Assembly (NCBI GenBank): GCA_963837955.1
Contig: CAWIPH010000002.1
Location: 2,080,001 to 2,144,000, forward strand
Length of the DNA: 64,000 nucleotides
Direction: 5' to 3'
From: an uncultured Verrucomicrobiae bacterium
GTDB lineage: Bacteria; Verrucomicrobiota; Verrucomicrobiia; Chthoniobacterales; JAFAMB01
The notes below the pieces were generated by a model, which did not search any database, had not been told where the DNA came from, and saw nothing but the letters and a program-made list of their open reading frames with translations. Both the position numbers and the translations under genes were made by a program. Below are positions 20,096-30,449 of the stretch, one piece after another. The number at the start of each line of letters is the position of its first letter. Position 1 is the first letter of the stretch.

Positions 20096-20397
20096 TCACA
20101 AAAAGAGTGTTAATACCTGATATGCTGGTTGGAGGCTAGCATTTTGTGCGCCAGACATTGTCGCGGCCATCGGTTTTCTTACGCGAAAAACCAAATTGTG
20201 AGTCTTTCTTCGATCGCGCCAGCCAGTACCAAGAAGAGCGCATCATCTGCCAAAAAGGGGTGAGCAGAAGGCGGAGGAGAGATTACGCTTTTACAGCGAT
20301 GGAGAAAAGGGAGCGGCCGGCGCCTGATCCGGCGGAGTAGATTCGGTTTTACCGAAACGATCTGCGCGGCCAGAACGAAACCTAAAAGGACTAAAAT

Positions 20398-20982
20398 ATG
20401 CTGTATCTTTTGGCACGTCATTGGTGGGCTTTGGCCCTGCGCGGCGTGGCCGCCGTACTCTTCGGTCTTCTGACCTTTTTTGTACCGGACATCACGTTAC
20501 TCTCGTTAGTGCTGCTCTTTGGAGCCTACGCGATTTTGGACGGGATCTTTGATCTGATCTCAGCTGGAAGAGCCCCCGGTCCCCATTGGCCGCTGGTGCT
20601 TGAAGGTATCGTTGGAATCGTCGTTGGAATATTGACGTTCATTTGGCCGGGAATTACGGCCATGGTCTTGCTCTATCTGATCGCCATTTGGGCCATCTTT
20701 ACGGGCGTGCTGGAAATCGTGGCTGGCGTCCGCCTTCGTCGCTTCATCGCCAACGAACTACTGTTGATTCTGATGGGTATCATGTCGATCGCGTTCGGCG
20801 TTCTGGTGGTCATATTTCCGAGTGCCGGAGCGCTCGCGATCATGTTTTGGATCGGGGCTTATGCCCTCGTATTCGGCATCCTCTTGATTGCTCTCGCATT
20901 CCGCCTTCGCGGAATCTATCGGTCCGAAGTTTCGGGGGTTTTTTCGAAGCTGGATCCTACCACGCACCAAAGCCGCCCTTAG
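20398..20982 (+). CDS. HdeD/DUF308 family membrane protein
   Basis: WWALALRG..P..TL..LV.LFGAYAILDG repeat pattern, six hydrophobic segments. Confidence 0.9.
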   Translation: MLYLLARHWWALALRGVAAVLFGLLTFFVPDITLLSLVLLFGAYAILDGIFDLISAGRAPGPHWPLVLEGIVGIVVGILTFIWPGITAMVLLYLIAIWAIFTGVLEIVAGVRLRRFIANELLLILMGIMSIAFGVLVVIFPSAGALAIMFWIGAYALVFGILLIALAFRLRGIYRSEVSGVFSKLDPTTHQSRP

Positions 20983-20991
20983 GAGAAAACT

Positions 20992-21516
20992 ATGACGGAA
21001 CAAGCAATATCAAATCAGCCGCGCTCCGGGAGCCGAAAGTCGGCTCTGCCAAAAGGGACGAAGGCACCCGATTTTAACTTACACAGCACGCCTGACCAAT
21101 TGGTCTCTCTCAGCGAATTCATTGGCCAACCGGTGGTACTCGCGTTTTACCCGGCCGATTGGAGCCCGGTATGTGGCGACGAGATGACACTTTTCAACGA
21201 AGTGCTTCCAGAATTTCAGAATCTGGGTGCCGAGCTCGTCGGCATCTCGGTCGATGGCGCTTGGTGCCACGCCGCTTTCGCCCGGGACCGCAAGTTGCAT
21301 TTCCCTCTGCTGGCAGATTTCGAACCAAAGGGAGCAGTGGCTCGGCGCTATGGAGTGTACCGCGACGGGGAGGGGGTTAGCGAACGCGCGCTGTTCGTGG
21401 TCGACGCTGACGGTGTCATTCATTGGAGTTATGTTTCGCCGATTGGGGTGAACCCTGGCGCTCACGGAGTCCTGGCTGCCCTGGAAGACCTGCAAAGCAA
21501 AAAGGAAGGAAAATGA
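20992..21516 (+). CDS. Peroxiredoxin (AhpC/TSA, AhpE-like)
   Basis: FYPADWSPVCGDE, GISVD, LLADFEP, ERALF. Confidence 0.9.
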   Translation: MTEQAISNQPRSGSRKSALPKGTKAPDFNLHSTPDQLVSLSEFIGQPVVLAFYPADWSPVCGDEMTLFNEVLPEFQNLGAELVGISVDGAWCHAAFARDRKLHFPLLADFEPKGAVARRYGVYRDGEGVSERALFVVDADGVIHWSYVSPIGVNPGAHGVLAALEDLQSKKEGK

Positions 21517-22076
21517 AAGACCCGAGTTCCACCGATATCTCTGTCACAAGACTCACAGTTCCAGTCGGCAATCGTGACCACATTCAAGGCCCTCTTAATA
21601 CCCCGGTGACGCTCCTCGAATACGGTGATTACGAATGCCCGGCTTGCGGTGAAGCCTATCCGATCGTCAAAGCAGTTCAGCGGAGTTTAGGAGAAGGGCT
21701 GTGCTTTGCTTTTCGCCACTTTCCGCTGACTAACATACATCCCCACGCCGAACACGCGGCCGAGGCTGCTGAAGCGGCTGGTGCCCAGGGAAGCTTTTGG
21801 CAGATGCATGACATGTTGTTCGAAAATCAAGATGCTCTCGAGGATGAAGACCTCGTCCAATACGCGAAGGCGTTACGGCTCGACGCCCGCCGGCTGATCG
21901 TTGAGGTCGAGAGCAGTGCGTATGCGGTGCGTTTGCGCGAAGATTTTATGAGCGGCATCAGGGGCGGGGTTAACGGCACGCCGACCTTCTTCATCAACGG
22001 CGTACGTTATGATGGTGGCCGCGGCGTGGCTGCGTTGCTTGCTGCACTCACACCGTCTACTGCTGGCTATATCTAA
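21513..22076 (+). CDS. DsbA-like thioredoxin-fold protein (no signal peptide)
   Basis: EYGDYECPAC, FRHFPL, GVNGTPTFFING; ATGA overlap with peroxiredoxin. Confidence 0.9.
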   Translation: MKDPSSTDISVTRLTVPVGNRDHIQGPLNTPVTLLEYGDYECPACGEAYPIVKAVQRSLGEGLCFAFRHFPLTNIHPHAEHAAEAAEAAGAQGSFWQMHDMLFENQDALEDEDLVQYAKALRLDARRLIVEVESSAYAVRLREDFMSGIRGGVNGTPTFFINGVRYDGGRGVAALLAALTPSTAGYI

Positions 22077-22204
22077 ACTCGGGAATGAAAAAGGGGAGAG
22101 AGCGTGCGAAAACTACTGAATGAATCGCGCGGTGCCATTTTGCGAAAAACCGTTTGGCTTTTTGTTGATGCGCCTCGTTCCACCAACCCTCGGAGAATAG
22201 AACT

Positions 22205-22672
22205 ACGAAAAGCAAATTACTCCTTGTGACCGACCTCGGAATGCTCAAGGCCTACAGACTCGAGTTCACCCTTCAAGACACTCCGCGACTGGAAGAGCTG
22301 GAGAAAATCGTTCTTGAAAAAGCGCATACTCGAGTCGTGGACACAGTCACCGACCTGGCTGGCCGGCGAGCCTCACCTACTCAAAAAAACTGGGGCGCTC
22401 CGTTGGCCGATGATCAAAACCTCGAACTCGAAGCTAAACGCCGTCTGATCCATGCGATCGCGGAGCACATCGAACGACTGATCCAAAATAGCGATTGCTA
22501 TGGCTGCTGGCTGGCTGCGCACAAAGAAATTCTTCACCGAATTCTGGATGAATTGGCGCCACCGATTCGGACAAGCGTAAAGAGAATAATTCCGCGGGAC
22601 CTGACGAAATTGGGGCCAAAGGATCTGCTCGACCAATTTCTAAATGCGAACGTCTGGATGACCTACCCGTGA
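22205..22672 (+). CDS. Host-attachment protein/baeRF-like protein; start ambiguous (ACG 22205 or GTG 22226)
   Basis: KLLLVTDLGMLKAY N-terminal strand, WLAAH..DLTK C-terminal motif; overlaps grpE. Confidence 0.6.
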   Translation, partial: TKSKLLLVTDLGMLKAYRLEFTLQDTPRLEELEKIVLEKAHTRVVDTVTDLAGRRASPTQKNWGAPLADDQNLELEAKRRLIHAIAEHIERLIQNSDCYGCWLAAHKEILHRILDELAPPIRTSVKRIIPRDLTKLGPKDLLDQFLNANVWMTYP

Positions 22673-23226
22673 ACACCGATTCAAATTCCAGGCCGGTCGA
22701 AACGTCCGAGAATGCTAAACCCGATACCGCGGGTGCGCCCGAACTTACAGCGATCCGGGCCGAGCTGGCCGCCGAGAGAGACCGATACCTCCGGCTCGCC
22801 GCTGACTTCGACAACTTCCGCAAACGAATCAATCAGGAGTCCGAGCGCCGGGCCGCCGCGCAAAAAAAGGCCTTCATCCGCGAACTACTGCCAGTTATCG
22901 ATAATCTCGAACGCGCGGTCAGCAGCGATGCATCTGCCTCGCCGGAACAACTTCTTCAGGGCGTGAAGATGACGCTCCAACAACTCAACCAACTGCTGCG
23001 CCGCCACGGTATCGAACCCGAAGAGAGCGTTGATCGGCCGTTCGACCCGCACTGTCACGAGGCCATCATGTCGCGCTACGACCCGTCTCGACCCGACCAT
23101 GTTGTACTCGAGATTTTCGAGCGGGGCTACCGCCACGGCAACGAATGCTTTCGCCCCGCAAAAGTGGTTGTAAATGACCTGAGCCTGGCAGAGTCCGCTA
23201 ACAACGCCGATTCCGATAACCCATGA
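22669..23226 (+). CDS. grpE: Nucleotide exchange factor GrpE
   Basis: YLRLAADFDNFRKR, LLPVIDNLERA, FDPHCHEA, RGY..RPAKVVV. Confidence 0.93.
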   Translation: MNTDSNSRPVETSENAKPDTAGAPELTAIRAELAAERDRYLRLAADFDNFRKRINQESERRAAAQKKAFIRELLPVIDNLERAVSSDASASPEQLLQGVKMTLQQLNQLLRRHGIEPEESVDRPFDPHCHEAIMSRYDPSRPDHVVLEIFERGYRHGNECFRPAKVVVNDLSLAESANNADSDNP

Positions 23227-23702
23227 CTGTACACTCGATTGAACCCGATGATCGCGGCTTGGTGCTGGCCTGTCCAAAATGCGGCCAACGTAATCGCATG
23301 ATTTACGGACGATTGGGGCAAAAGTTTCGTTGTGCCAAGTGCCAGACCGAACTCGGTCCGCCCGCCGAACCGATCGAGGTGAAAAAAGAGTCTGTTTTCG
23401 ATGCTATTACCAGTCAGTCTTCATTGCCGGTACTGGTGGAGTTTTGGGCGCCGTGGTGTGGCCCGTGCAAAATGGTCGCGCCCGAATTAGCTAAAGTTGC
23501 GGCCGAGGGGCCGGGCCGTTGGCTGGTGGCGAAGGTGAACACTGAAGAACTGCCGGGCCTTGCTCAACGACATCGAGTCAGCTCGATTCCTCTAATGGCG
23601 GTGTTTAAGGACGGGCGGGAATTGGCTCGACAAGCTGGCGCGATGCCGGCGCCGGCCATTCGGCAATTTGTCGAGCAAGCTGACCGAGTTGGAACCCGGT
23701 GA
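23223..23702 (+). CDS. trxC: Thioredoxin with N-terminal zinc finger (TrxC-like)
   Basis: CPKC..NR..CAKC followed by WAPWCGPC. Confidence 0.88.
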   Translation: MTVHSIEPDDRGLVLACPKCGQRNRMIYGRLGQKFRCAKCQTELGPPAEPIEVKKESVFDAITSQSSLPVLVEFWAPWCGPCKMVAPELAKVAAEGPGRWLVAKVNTEELPGLAQRHRVSSIPLMAVFKDGRELARQAGAMPAPAIRQFVEQADRVGTR

Positions 23703-23769
23703 CAACGTGTCCGCCTAAAGGATTTCTGTGTTCCTTATGTCCGAAACTCTTGGAACGTCATCCCGCTGA

Positions 23770-23995
23770 TCTGGCGCCCCCTTCAGGGCGGATCGCTCTA
23801 GGGACGTTACCCGGGGTTAAAATCCCGGGCGGGGAGGGCGCACAGCCTGTCCGACATAGCCCTTTCGGATGCCGGGCGCAGACTGCCTTGAGCGCGACGT
23901 CGGATCCTCGTGCGCCGCGGATCGCGAGGACGCGATCCCTCCCCTTCTGTCCGTTCGGGACAAAACCCCAAGGCTGAGTCTTCCTGGCCCTTCGA
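23770..23995. repeat. Composite REP-like region
   Basis: CCCGGGGTTAAAATCCCGGG hairpin (cf. 5743-5762, 60696-60710); 23917-23943 is the exact reverse complement of 37199-37225. Confidence 0.75.
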
Positions 23996-24050
23996 GATAG
24001 AGAAGCACTTGCGATAGCAAAGCATCTTCGATGTGCCGGGTTCTCGGACT

Positions 24051-24866
24051 TTAACGGCTACCGCCAGCTATCGCTTTCTGATACTCGTCCACTGCGGCGG
24101 GCAGGAGACTCTCGAGTTGGCTGATGCGGGTCGCGTCCGCAGGGTGCGTAGACATCAGTTCGGGCTGTTGTTGGCCGGCTTTTAATTCCATCATCCGCTT
24201 CCAAAAGGCCAGCGCTTCATGAGGATCGTAACCGGCTCGCGCCATGTATTTGAGTCCGATCTGATCGGCTTCAAGTTCCTGTTTTCGACCAAAAGGCAAT
24301 AACACGCCGTATTGCGCGCCCGCGCCCATCAACCCAAGCAGCTGCCGGCGAGCTCCGTCATCCATGTCGGCAATGGAGCCCTGGGCTCCCATCAACGCAA
24401 TCTGCAAGGCATTCTGTTGGAATATTCGCTGAGCGCCGTGCCGGGAAGTGGCATGCGCAATTTCGTGGCCCAACACCGTCGCAAGTCCCGCTTCGGTTTG
24501 AGTGATCGGTAAGATTCCTGTATACACCACGATCTCGCCTCCAGGCAGACAAAAAGCGTTTTGCTGATCGCTCTGTACCAGCGCGACTTTCCACTGAAAA
24601 TTTCTGGCGCTTTCGTCAACAACCCCGATGAGGCGGCGCGCTACCTTCACCACCAGATCATAATCCGAGCCGGACTGGACGGTTTGCGATTGAGACAGGA
24701 CCTGCTGAAAACTTTGCAGGCCGAGCGTCTGCTCCTGGGCTTCGGAAAGTCCGACCTTGGCCTTCCGGCCCGTTTCCGGGTTGATAAATGTGGGTGACGA
24801 AAAATAGAACCAAGCGATCGCGCCAAGCGCGAGGATAATCGGGAGAATGCGGATCCGACGATTCAT
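24051..24866 (-). CDS. M48 family zinc metallopeptidase
   Basis: NAFCLPGG, HEIAH, ELEAD, STHP. Confidence 0.93.
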   Translation of the reverse strand: MNRRIRILPIILALGAIAWFYFSSPTFINPETGRKAKVGLSEAQEQTLGLQSFQQVLSQSQTVQSGSDYDLVVKVARRLIGVVDESARNFQWKVALVQSDQQNAFCLPGGEIVVYTGILPITQTEAGLATVLGHEIAHATSRHGAQRIFQQNALQIALMGAQGSIADMDDGARRQLLGLMGAGAQYGVLLPFGRKQELEADQIGLKYMARAGYDPHEALAFWKRMMELKAGQQQPELMSTHPADATRISQLESLLPAAVDEYQKAIAGGSR

Positions 24867-24884
24867 AAATCGAGCAAGAAATAT

Positions 24885-25316
24885 TTACTTCCCGCCCGTG
24901 GAATGGTGAACCCTTAAATATTCAGCTTTGGACCAGAGCAACAAAGCGACCGCCCCAACGCCAACAATCGCCAAGGTGACCATGGCGACCGTAAACCCGA
25001 GCGCGCTAAAATGATGGCCGCGAAGCAGCAATATGAGCGCGCAAAACGGAATCAAAAGAATGGCCAAGACTTGAACGAGATTGATCCGCCAACCCCAATG
25101 TTCGCCGCGATTTAGACTTGGCACGCTGATCAACATGTTAATGCCGATAGCACCGAGGAGAATGCTGCCGCCAAAATGCGCCATAAAACTGAGCGAGCTA
25201 TCCGCTTTGCTCACCAGGGTCACAATCAGATGCAAAACAGCAACTGCGATCGTTAGGATACCGAAGAGCAAAAAGCCTCTACTGACCACCTTCTTGATGC
25301 GAGTCTTGTCTTCCAT
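24885..25316 (-). CDS. Hypothetical 4-TM membrane protein
   Basis: Four hydrophobic segments; 18 bp from the co-oriented M48 gene. Confidence 0.7.
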   Translation of the reverse strand: MEDKTRIKKVVSRGFLLFGILTIAVAVLHLIVTLVSKADSSLSFMAHFGGSILLGAIGINMLISVPSLNRGEHWGWRINLVQVLAILLIPFCALILLLRGHHFSALGFTVAMVTLAIVGVGAVALLLWSKAEYLRVHHSTGGK

Positions 25317-25791
25317 GTTAGCGGCATGTTATGAAATTGATCCGCGTCTAGGCAATCGCTAATTCGCCGGCTGGATAGAGCAACACTTGACTTAGAATTG
25401 CCTGTTTCGGCATGCCTGGGCAGGCAAAAAATGCCATAACTAAGGCTTAGAAACTGGCTCCTTGGCATCTTGGCCACGGTTCGCGGCCGATCCATGCGTG
25501 CTAGGGCGATTCCCGTACGTCTTGGAGACAAGACATCGAAGCGTTCCAGGCGAGACAAATCGTTCCGGAAAAGCCAGGCAGAGAAGCCGAAGGCAAATTG
25601 AGAAAAGAGTCAGACAAGATCGGCCCAGCGCTTTTGTCGGCTTTGGTTATTTTGCAGTTGTGCGGTGAAACTCGCTCGCGGCAAGGGACGGTGGAGCGGC
25701 TTTCCGGACGTACGCCGTGCATCTGGTCTATCAGCGGGACCCAGCTGCGGGGTGTTAATAAATTACTAGCGCTGAGAGTTCATTCAAAACA

Positions 25792-26976
25792 ATGAAGCCG
25801 TTCAACCAGTGCCGGCGATGCGTCATAATAACGGGGCTTGCTGGCGCCAATTTACTTGTATTACTGGCAGGCGAATCGACGATTTCTTCAGTTCGCGCAG
25901 GAACGCCCCCTAAAACCAACTTCGATGATACGCCGTTGCCCCGCGACAATCGCCCAACCCTGACCTATGCACCCGTAATTAGCAGAGTTTCACCAAGTGT
26001 AGTTAACATTTACACGTCCAGGACGATGCGCTTAGATCCGGCCCTCAGAGAGTATCTTCGCGATCTCTATGGCTTTGATCGGGTGCCGAGTGAGCGACGT
26101 CAGCAAAGTCTTGGCTCTGGCGTCATTGTTTCGCCAGACGGATACATTCTTACCAATAACCACGTTGTAGCGGGAGCTGATGAAGTCAAAGTCTCACTCG
26201 CTGATGACAAGACAATCTATGACGCGCAGGTAGTGGGGACCGATCCGCAGACGGATGTCGCTGTGGTTAAAGTAACTGCCGAAAATCTGCCGGCCATTAC
26301 TTTCGCGGACAGTGGCAAAATCGAGGTTGGTGACGTGATGTTGGCGATTGGAGATCCCTTTGGTGTAGGCCAGACGGTGACGATGGGAATCGTCAGCGCG
26401 AAAGATCGCGGCGGTATGGGAATTGCCAGCTACGAGGATTTCATTCAGACCGATGCGTCTATTAATCCCGGGAACTCTGGAGGGGCGCTAGTGGACGCCG
26501 TTGGGCGGCTAGTAGGAATAAATACCGCCATTCTGAGCGGAACGGGCGGCAACCAAGGGATCGGGTTTGCTGTGCCGGTCAACTTGGCTCGATACGTGAT
26601 GGAACGAATCGTCGTGGATGGGAAGGTAACACGCGGCTATCTAGGCGTGAAGATTCAGCCCCTCACCTCGGAGATGGCGAAGAAGTCTAAGCTTTCCCAA
26701 CAGACCGGTGCAATGATCGCGGAAGTTACCCCCGGCTCACCTGGAGAACGCGCCGGGCTCAAACCCGGCGACATCGTTACAGAGTTCGACGGAAAGAGCG
26801 TCACTGATAGCAGACACCTGCAACTGATGGTCGCTGAGAAACCGCCAGGTTCTCAGGTTAAAATGAAAATCCTTCGAGACGGTAAGGAACAGACAATTAC
26901 TGTTCAACTTGGTGAATTGCCGACAGAGATTGCGTCGCACGCTACCCAACCGAGCGAAAGCGAAGACAGCAACTAG
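25792..26976 (+). CDS. HtrA/DegP-family serine protease with one PDZ domain
   Basis: GSGVI..TNNHV, TDVAV, TDASINPGNSGG, GYLGV PDZ. Confidence 0.95.
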   Translation: MKPFNQCRRCVIITGLAGANLLVLLAGESTISSVRAGTPPKTNFDDTPLPRDNRPTLTYAPVISRVSPSVVNIYTSRTMRLDPALREYLRDLYGFDRVPSERRQQSLGSGVIVSPDGYILTNNHVVAGADEVKVSLADDKTIYDAQVVGTDPQTDVAVVKVTAENLPAITFADSGKIEVGDVMLAIGDPFGVGQTVTMGIVSAKDRGGMGIASYEDFIQTDASINPGNSGGALVDAVGRLVGINTAILSGTGGNQGIGFAVPVNLARYVMERIVVDGKVTRGYLGVKIQPLTSEMAKKSKLSQQTGAMIAEVTPGSPGERAGLKPGDIVTEFDGKSVTDSRHLQLMVAEKPPGSQVKMKILRDGKEQTITVQLGELPTEIASHATQPSESEDSN

Positions 26977-27332
26977 GGCGATCGAATGGCGGGCTGTCGT
27001 CGCGAGCAGACAGCCCGTTTCTCGGTGTCTGGCAAAGAAGCACCTCTCACGGTTAGATCCAATTTGTCGGAGGTAAATGAGCCGCTGTATGCCGGAGGTA
27101 GTTAGGTGATCCCTCCCGAACATGGAGCGGCGTTGGCCGGATATCAGGGCAAAAAGAGCATATCGTACGCCAAGAATCGGCGAGCGAAATATGAGAGTCC
27201 GGCGAGACTTAGAAATGGCACGCCGGCGAACTTCGCGCTCATCATGCAGTTCATAAGGCCGCCGCCAACTAACTCCGACGGACAATTGAAAATGGCCGGC
27301 CCCAGCGTGAAGGGTTAGTATACCGGACGACC

Positions 27333-29387
27333 ATGAAGCGAGAACCACAAATCACTCTTCCTATCAAAAAACCGGCCAAGGTAGATCAGCCTAAGCCGCG
27401 GTGGCGGTGGTCGATCACCTATTTCCTTTTAATGCTGATGATTCTCTGGGGTTGGCAAGACCTGTTTTATCAGATGTCGGTTCGTACGATTCCTTATAGC
27501 CAATTCAAAGAGTACCTTGCCCGGCATGAAGTTGCCGCCGTGATCGTTAAGCAAGACGAAATCGATGGTCGTATCGTACCATCCGCGGCAAGCGCGTCGA
27601 AAGATCAAACGCCGGCGCTCAATCCAACGGCTTCTCCTGACAACGAGAATCAAAAGTCCGGTACCAATCCGGCTGCCGCTCCGAACATCGAAGGGAAGCG
27701 ATCGCCCACGCAAACTCAGCCGTTCCTTTTCCGAACCGAGCGGGTCGAGGATCCCGACCTGGTAAAAGAGCTGCAGGCCGCTCATGTCGAATTCGCGGCG
27801 GCGCGACCGGGAATTATCTCGCAGCTATTGCTAGGGTGGGTTTTACCAATCGTTGTCATGGTTGGCCTGTGGACTTTCTTCATGCGACGACTTAATCCAA
27901 CAGGCGAATCCATCTTTTCTATTGGGAAGAGCCGGGCGAGGCTCATTGCTGAACCCGACACCGGTGTAACATTCGAAGACGTAGCCGGTTGCGAAGAAGC
28001 GAAGTTTGAGTTGAAAGAGGTTGTTGACTTCCTTAAGAGCCCAAAGCAGTACGAAGATCTTGGCGCTCACATTCCCAAGGGAGTGCTTTTAGTCGGCCCG
28101 CCTGGAACAGGCAAAACGCTTTTGGCTCGCGCTGTTGCGGGTGAGGCTAAGGTGCCGTTCTTTTCAATCAGCGGCAGCGATTTCGTCGAAATGTTTGTGG
28201 GAGTAGGTGCAGCCCGGGTGCGCGATCTGTTCAAACAGGCCAAAGAACACGCGCCCTGTATCATATTCATTGACGAGCTGGATGCCATTGGCCGGCAGCG
28301 AGGCGTGCACATGGGCACGGTTAATGACGAACGCGAACAAACTCTCAATGCCCTGTTGGTGGAGATGGACGGCTTTGAGCCCAATACCGGCGTTATCATC
28401 CTTGCCGCAACCAATCGTCCCGAGGTTCTCGACCGGGCTCTGCTGCGCCCCGGGCGATTTGATCGCCAAGTCATCGTAGACGCTCCTGATCTGAACGGCC
28501 GCGAGGCGATTCTGAAGGTACACTCCAAGAACAAGCACCTCGCCGCTGATGTTGATTTACGTAGGATCGCAGCCGCCACCGCGGGACTCTCCGGAGCTGA
28601 TTTAGCAAACCTACTGAACGAGGCTGCTTTATTTGCTGCCCGACGACACGCGACGGAAATTACTCAACGCGATCTGGAAGATGCAATCGAGAAAATTGTG
28701 GCTGGGCCTGAGCGCAAGAGCCGCCGCCTCGGTGAAGAAGAGAAACGCCGGGTCGCGTATCATGAAGTCGGTCATGCATTAGTAGCTGCTTACAGCCTTC
28801 ACGCGGATCCGGTACACAAAATCAGTATCGTACCGCGGGGGCGAGGAGCGCTTGGTTACACCATGCAGCTGCCATCTGAAGATCAATTCTTGATGACGCG
28901 CAGCGAGTTATTGGATCGTATTCGCGGTCTGCTCGGGGGGCGGGCCGCCGAGGACCTCGTTTTTGGGGAAGTCAGCACCGGAGCCCAAAACGATCTGGAA
29001 CGTGCCACCGCACTCGCTCGTCAGATGGTCGCGCTATACGGGATGAATGAGCGCCTCGGCTTGGCCAATTATGTCCAGCGCCAACCAACGTTTTTCAACG
29101 GTCAGGAGTTTCAACTACAACGCGACTGTAGCGAAGCGACAGCTCGGGAAATCGATGAGGAGGTCAAGAAATTGCTCGACCTGACCTACGAACAAGCCAG
29201 GGAAACCTTATCTACACATCGCGATCAACTCGAGCATGTGGCTGCCGAATTGCTGAAGTCTGAGTCCATCGACGGACCGACATTTTATAGATTGGTTGGC
29301 AGAGAGGTACCGGCTTTTGGAGAGTCCGGAAGTTTGGCTGCCGTCGCCTCTCAGCCCAAAGAAAGGATCGGGCCGGGCAAGGCCTAA
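27333..29387 (+). CDS. ftsH: ATP-dependent zinc metalloprotease FtsH
   Basis: Two TM segments, [31 protein letters not shown]. Confidence 0.97.
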   Translation: MKREPQITLPIKKPAKVDQPKPRWRWSITYFLLMLMILWGWQDLFYQMSVRTIPYSQFKEYLARHEVAAVIVKQDEIDGRIVPSAASASKDQTPALNPTASPDNENQKSGTNPAAAPNIEGKRSPTQTQPFLFRTERVEDPDLVKELQAAHVEFAAARPGIISQLLLGWVLPIVVMVGLWTFFMRRLNPTGESIFSIGKSRARLIAEPDTGVTFEDVAGCEEAKFELKEVVDFLKSPKQYEDLGAHIPKGVLLVGPPGTGKTLLARAVAGEAKVPFFSISGSDFVEMFVGVGAARVRDLFKQAKEHAPCIIFIDELDAIGRQRGVHMGTVNDEREQTLNALLVEMDGFEPNTGVIILAATNRPEVLDRALLRPGRFDRQVIVDAPDLNGREAILKVHSKNKHLAADVDLRRIAAATAGLSGADLANLLNEAALFAARRHATEITQRDLEDAIEKIVAGPERKSRRLGEEEKRRVAYHEVGHALVAAYSLHADPVHKISIVPRGRGALGYTMQLPSEDQFLMTRSELLDRIRGLLGGRAAEDLVFGEVSTGAQNDLERATALARQMVALYGMNERLGLANYVQRQPTFFNGQEFQLQRDCSEATAREIDEEVKKLLDLTYEQARETLSTHRDQLEHVAAELLKSESIDGPTFYRLVGREVPAFGESGSLAAVASQPKERIGPGKA

Positions 29388-29453
29388 ATTTTACTGAGCG
29401 ACTTGTCCTCGAACCCCAGCACAAACACGATCGTTCGAAGGAAAGGATAAACC

Positions 29454-29786
29454 ATGTTCGGCAATTCGGCCAAATCAGCTAGCACTGCGCTGCAACCTTT
29501 CGAACCCGACGCGAGCAGCGTTTATCCAATCGAGACGGTAGCGACTCTCGTGCAAATGCCGCGTCGTCACATTGTTGTATATTTCAAACACGGACTAGTG
29601 TCGCCGGTCATAGATCCCGCATACGGCGGCTGGTGGTTTGATGATGAGGCGATTCGGGCGCTACGCCAAATTGAATACCTGCGTGCTAGCCGCGGCGTGA
29701 ATCTGTCCGGAATCAAGCTGATCCTGGAGCTGACCAAGGAAGTGGAATTGCTGCGCGAAGAGGTTCGCTCTTTTCACACACAATAG
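29454..29786 (+). CDS. MerR-like/CbpM chaperone-modulator family protein
   Basis: GLVSP..FDDEAIRALRQIEYLR..GVNLSGIKLILEL. Confidence 0.8.
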   Translation: MFGNSAKSASTALQPFEPDASSVYPIETVATLVQMPRRHIVVYFKHGLVSPVIDPAYGGWWFDDEAIRALRQIEYLRASRGVNLSGIKLILELTKEVELLREEVRSFHTQ

Positions 29787-29841
29787 GAGGGCTCAGCTGT
29801 TGCCGGTTAGCGGTTGGCTATCTGCCATTGGCTATTGGCTA

Positions 29842-30279
29842 TTACCCAAGCGGTACCGTGTAGGTCGTTGCTGTCCCAGACAGGCAAACCACTCCATCTT
29901 GGTTCCGCACCGATGTAGCGAGCGTACAGATCGGCTTATCATCACGAACGCTGGTGATCTCGACGCGACCAGTAATCGAGTCGCCCACATAGACTGCCTT
30001 CACAAACTTCCATTCCACGCTGAGAAAGACCGTGCCTGGACCGGGGAGATCCTCTGCCACGATGGCGTTGAGGAGGCCGGAGGTAATACCCCCTTGCACG
30101 ATCAATCCACCAAACACCGATCGTCGCGCGGCTTCCGCATCGAAATGTAGCGGGTTCCGATCGCCGGTGATTTCGGCAAACAATTCGATGTCGCGTTCAG
30201 CTACGCGTTTTGTCCGCTCAGCCGAGGCACCCATCTCGGGCATGCCCCGGATCGTCCCATACCAACCGCTAGTTTTCAT
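29842..30279 (-). CDS. MaoC family dehydratase
   Basis: FAEITGDRNPLHFD, LPGPG. Confidence 0.9.
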   Translation of the reverse strand: MKTSGWYGTIRGMPEMGASAERTKRVAERDIELFAEITGDRNPLHFDAEAARRSVFGGLIVQGGITSGLLNAIVAEDLPGPGTVFLSVEWKFVKAVYVGDSITGRVEITSVRDDKPICTLATSVRNQDGVVCLSGTATTYTVPLG

Positions 30280-30449
30280 TTTGCGACGTTTTGTATTTCA
30301 GCTGCTGATCTCCGGTAGCGGCGACTGTCCAACAACGCCTTTGTGTGGTTGGCGCAAATCAATGAGACCAGGGCACAAGTTATGTACAGTTTTCGCGCTG
30401 CCGATCATGGAACTTTTCGCGCCGGCGGCAAGGCACTCGCCCGATGCCG

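Noticed and set aside
25316..27332. Short ORFs in the gaps around degP (25253-25795, 26737-27348)
   Set aside because: No motifs, overlapping frames, low-complexity Arg/Ser-rich translations
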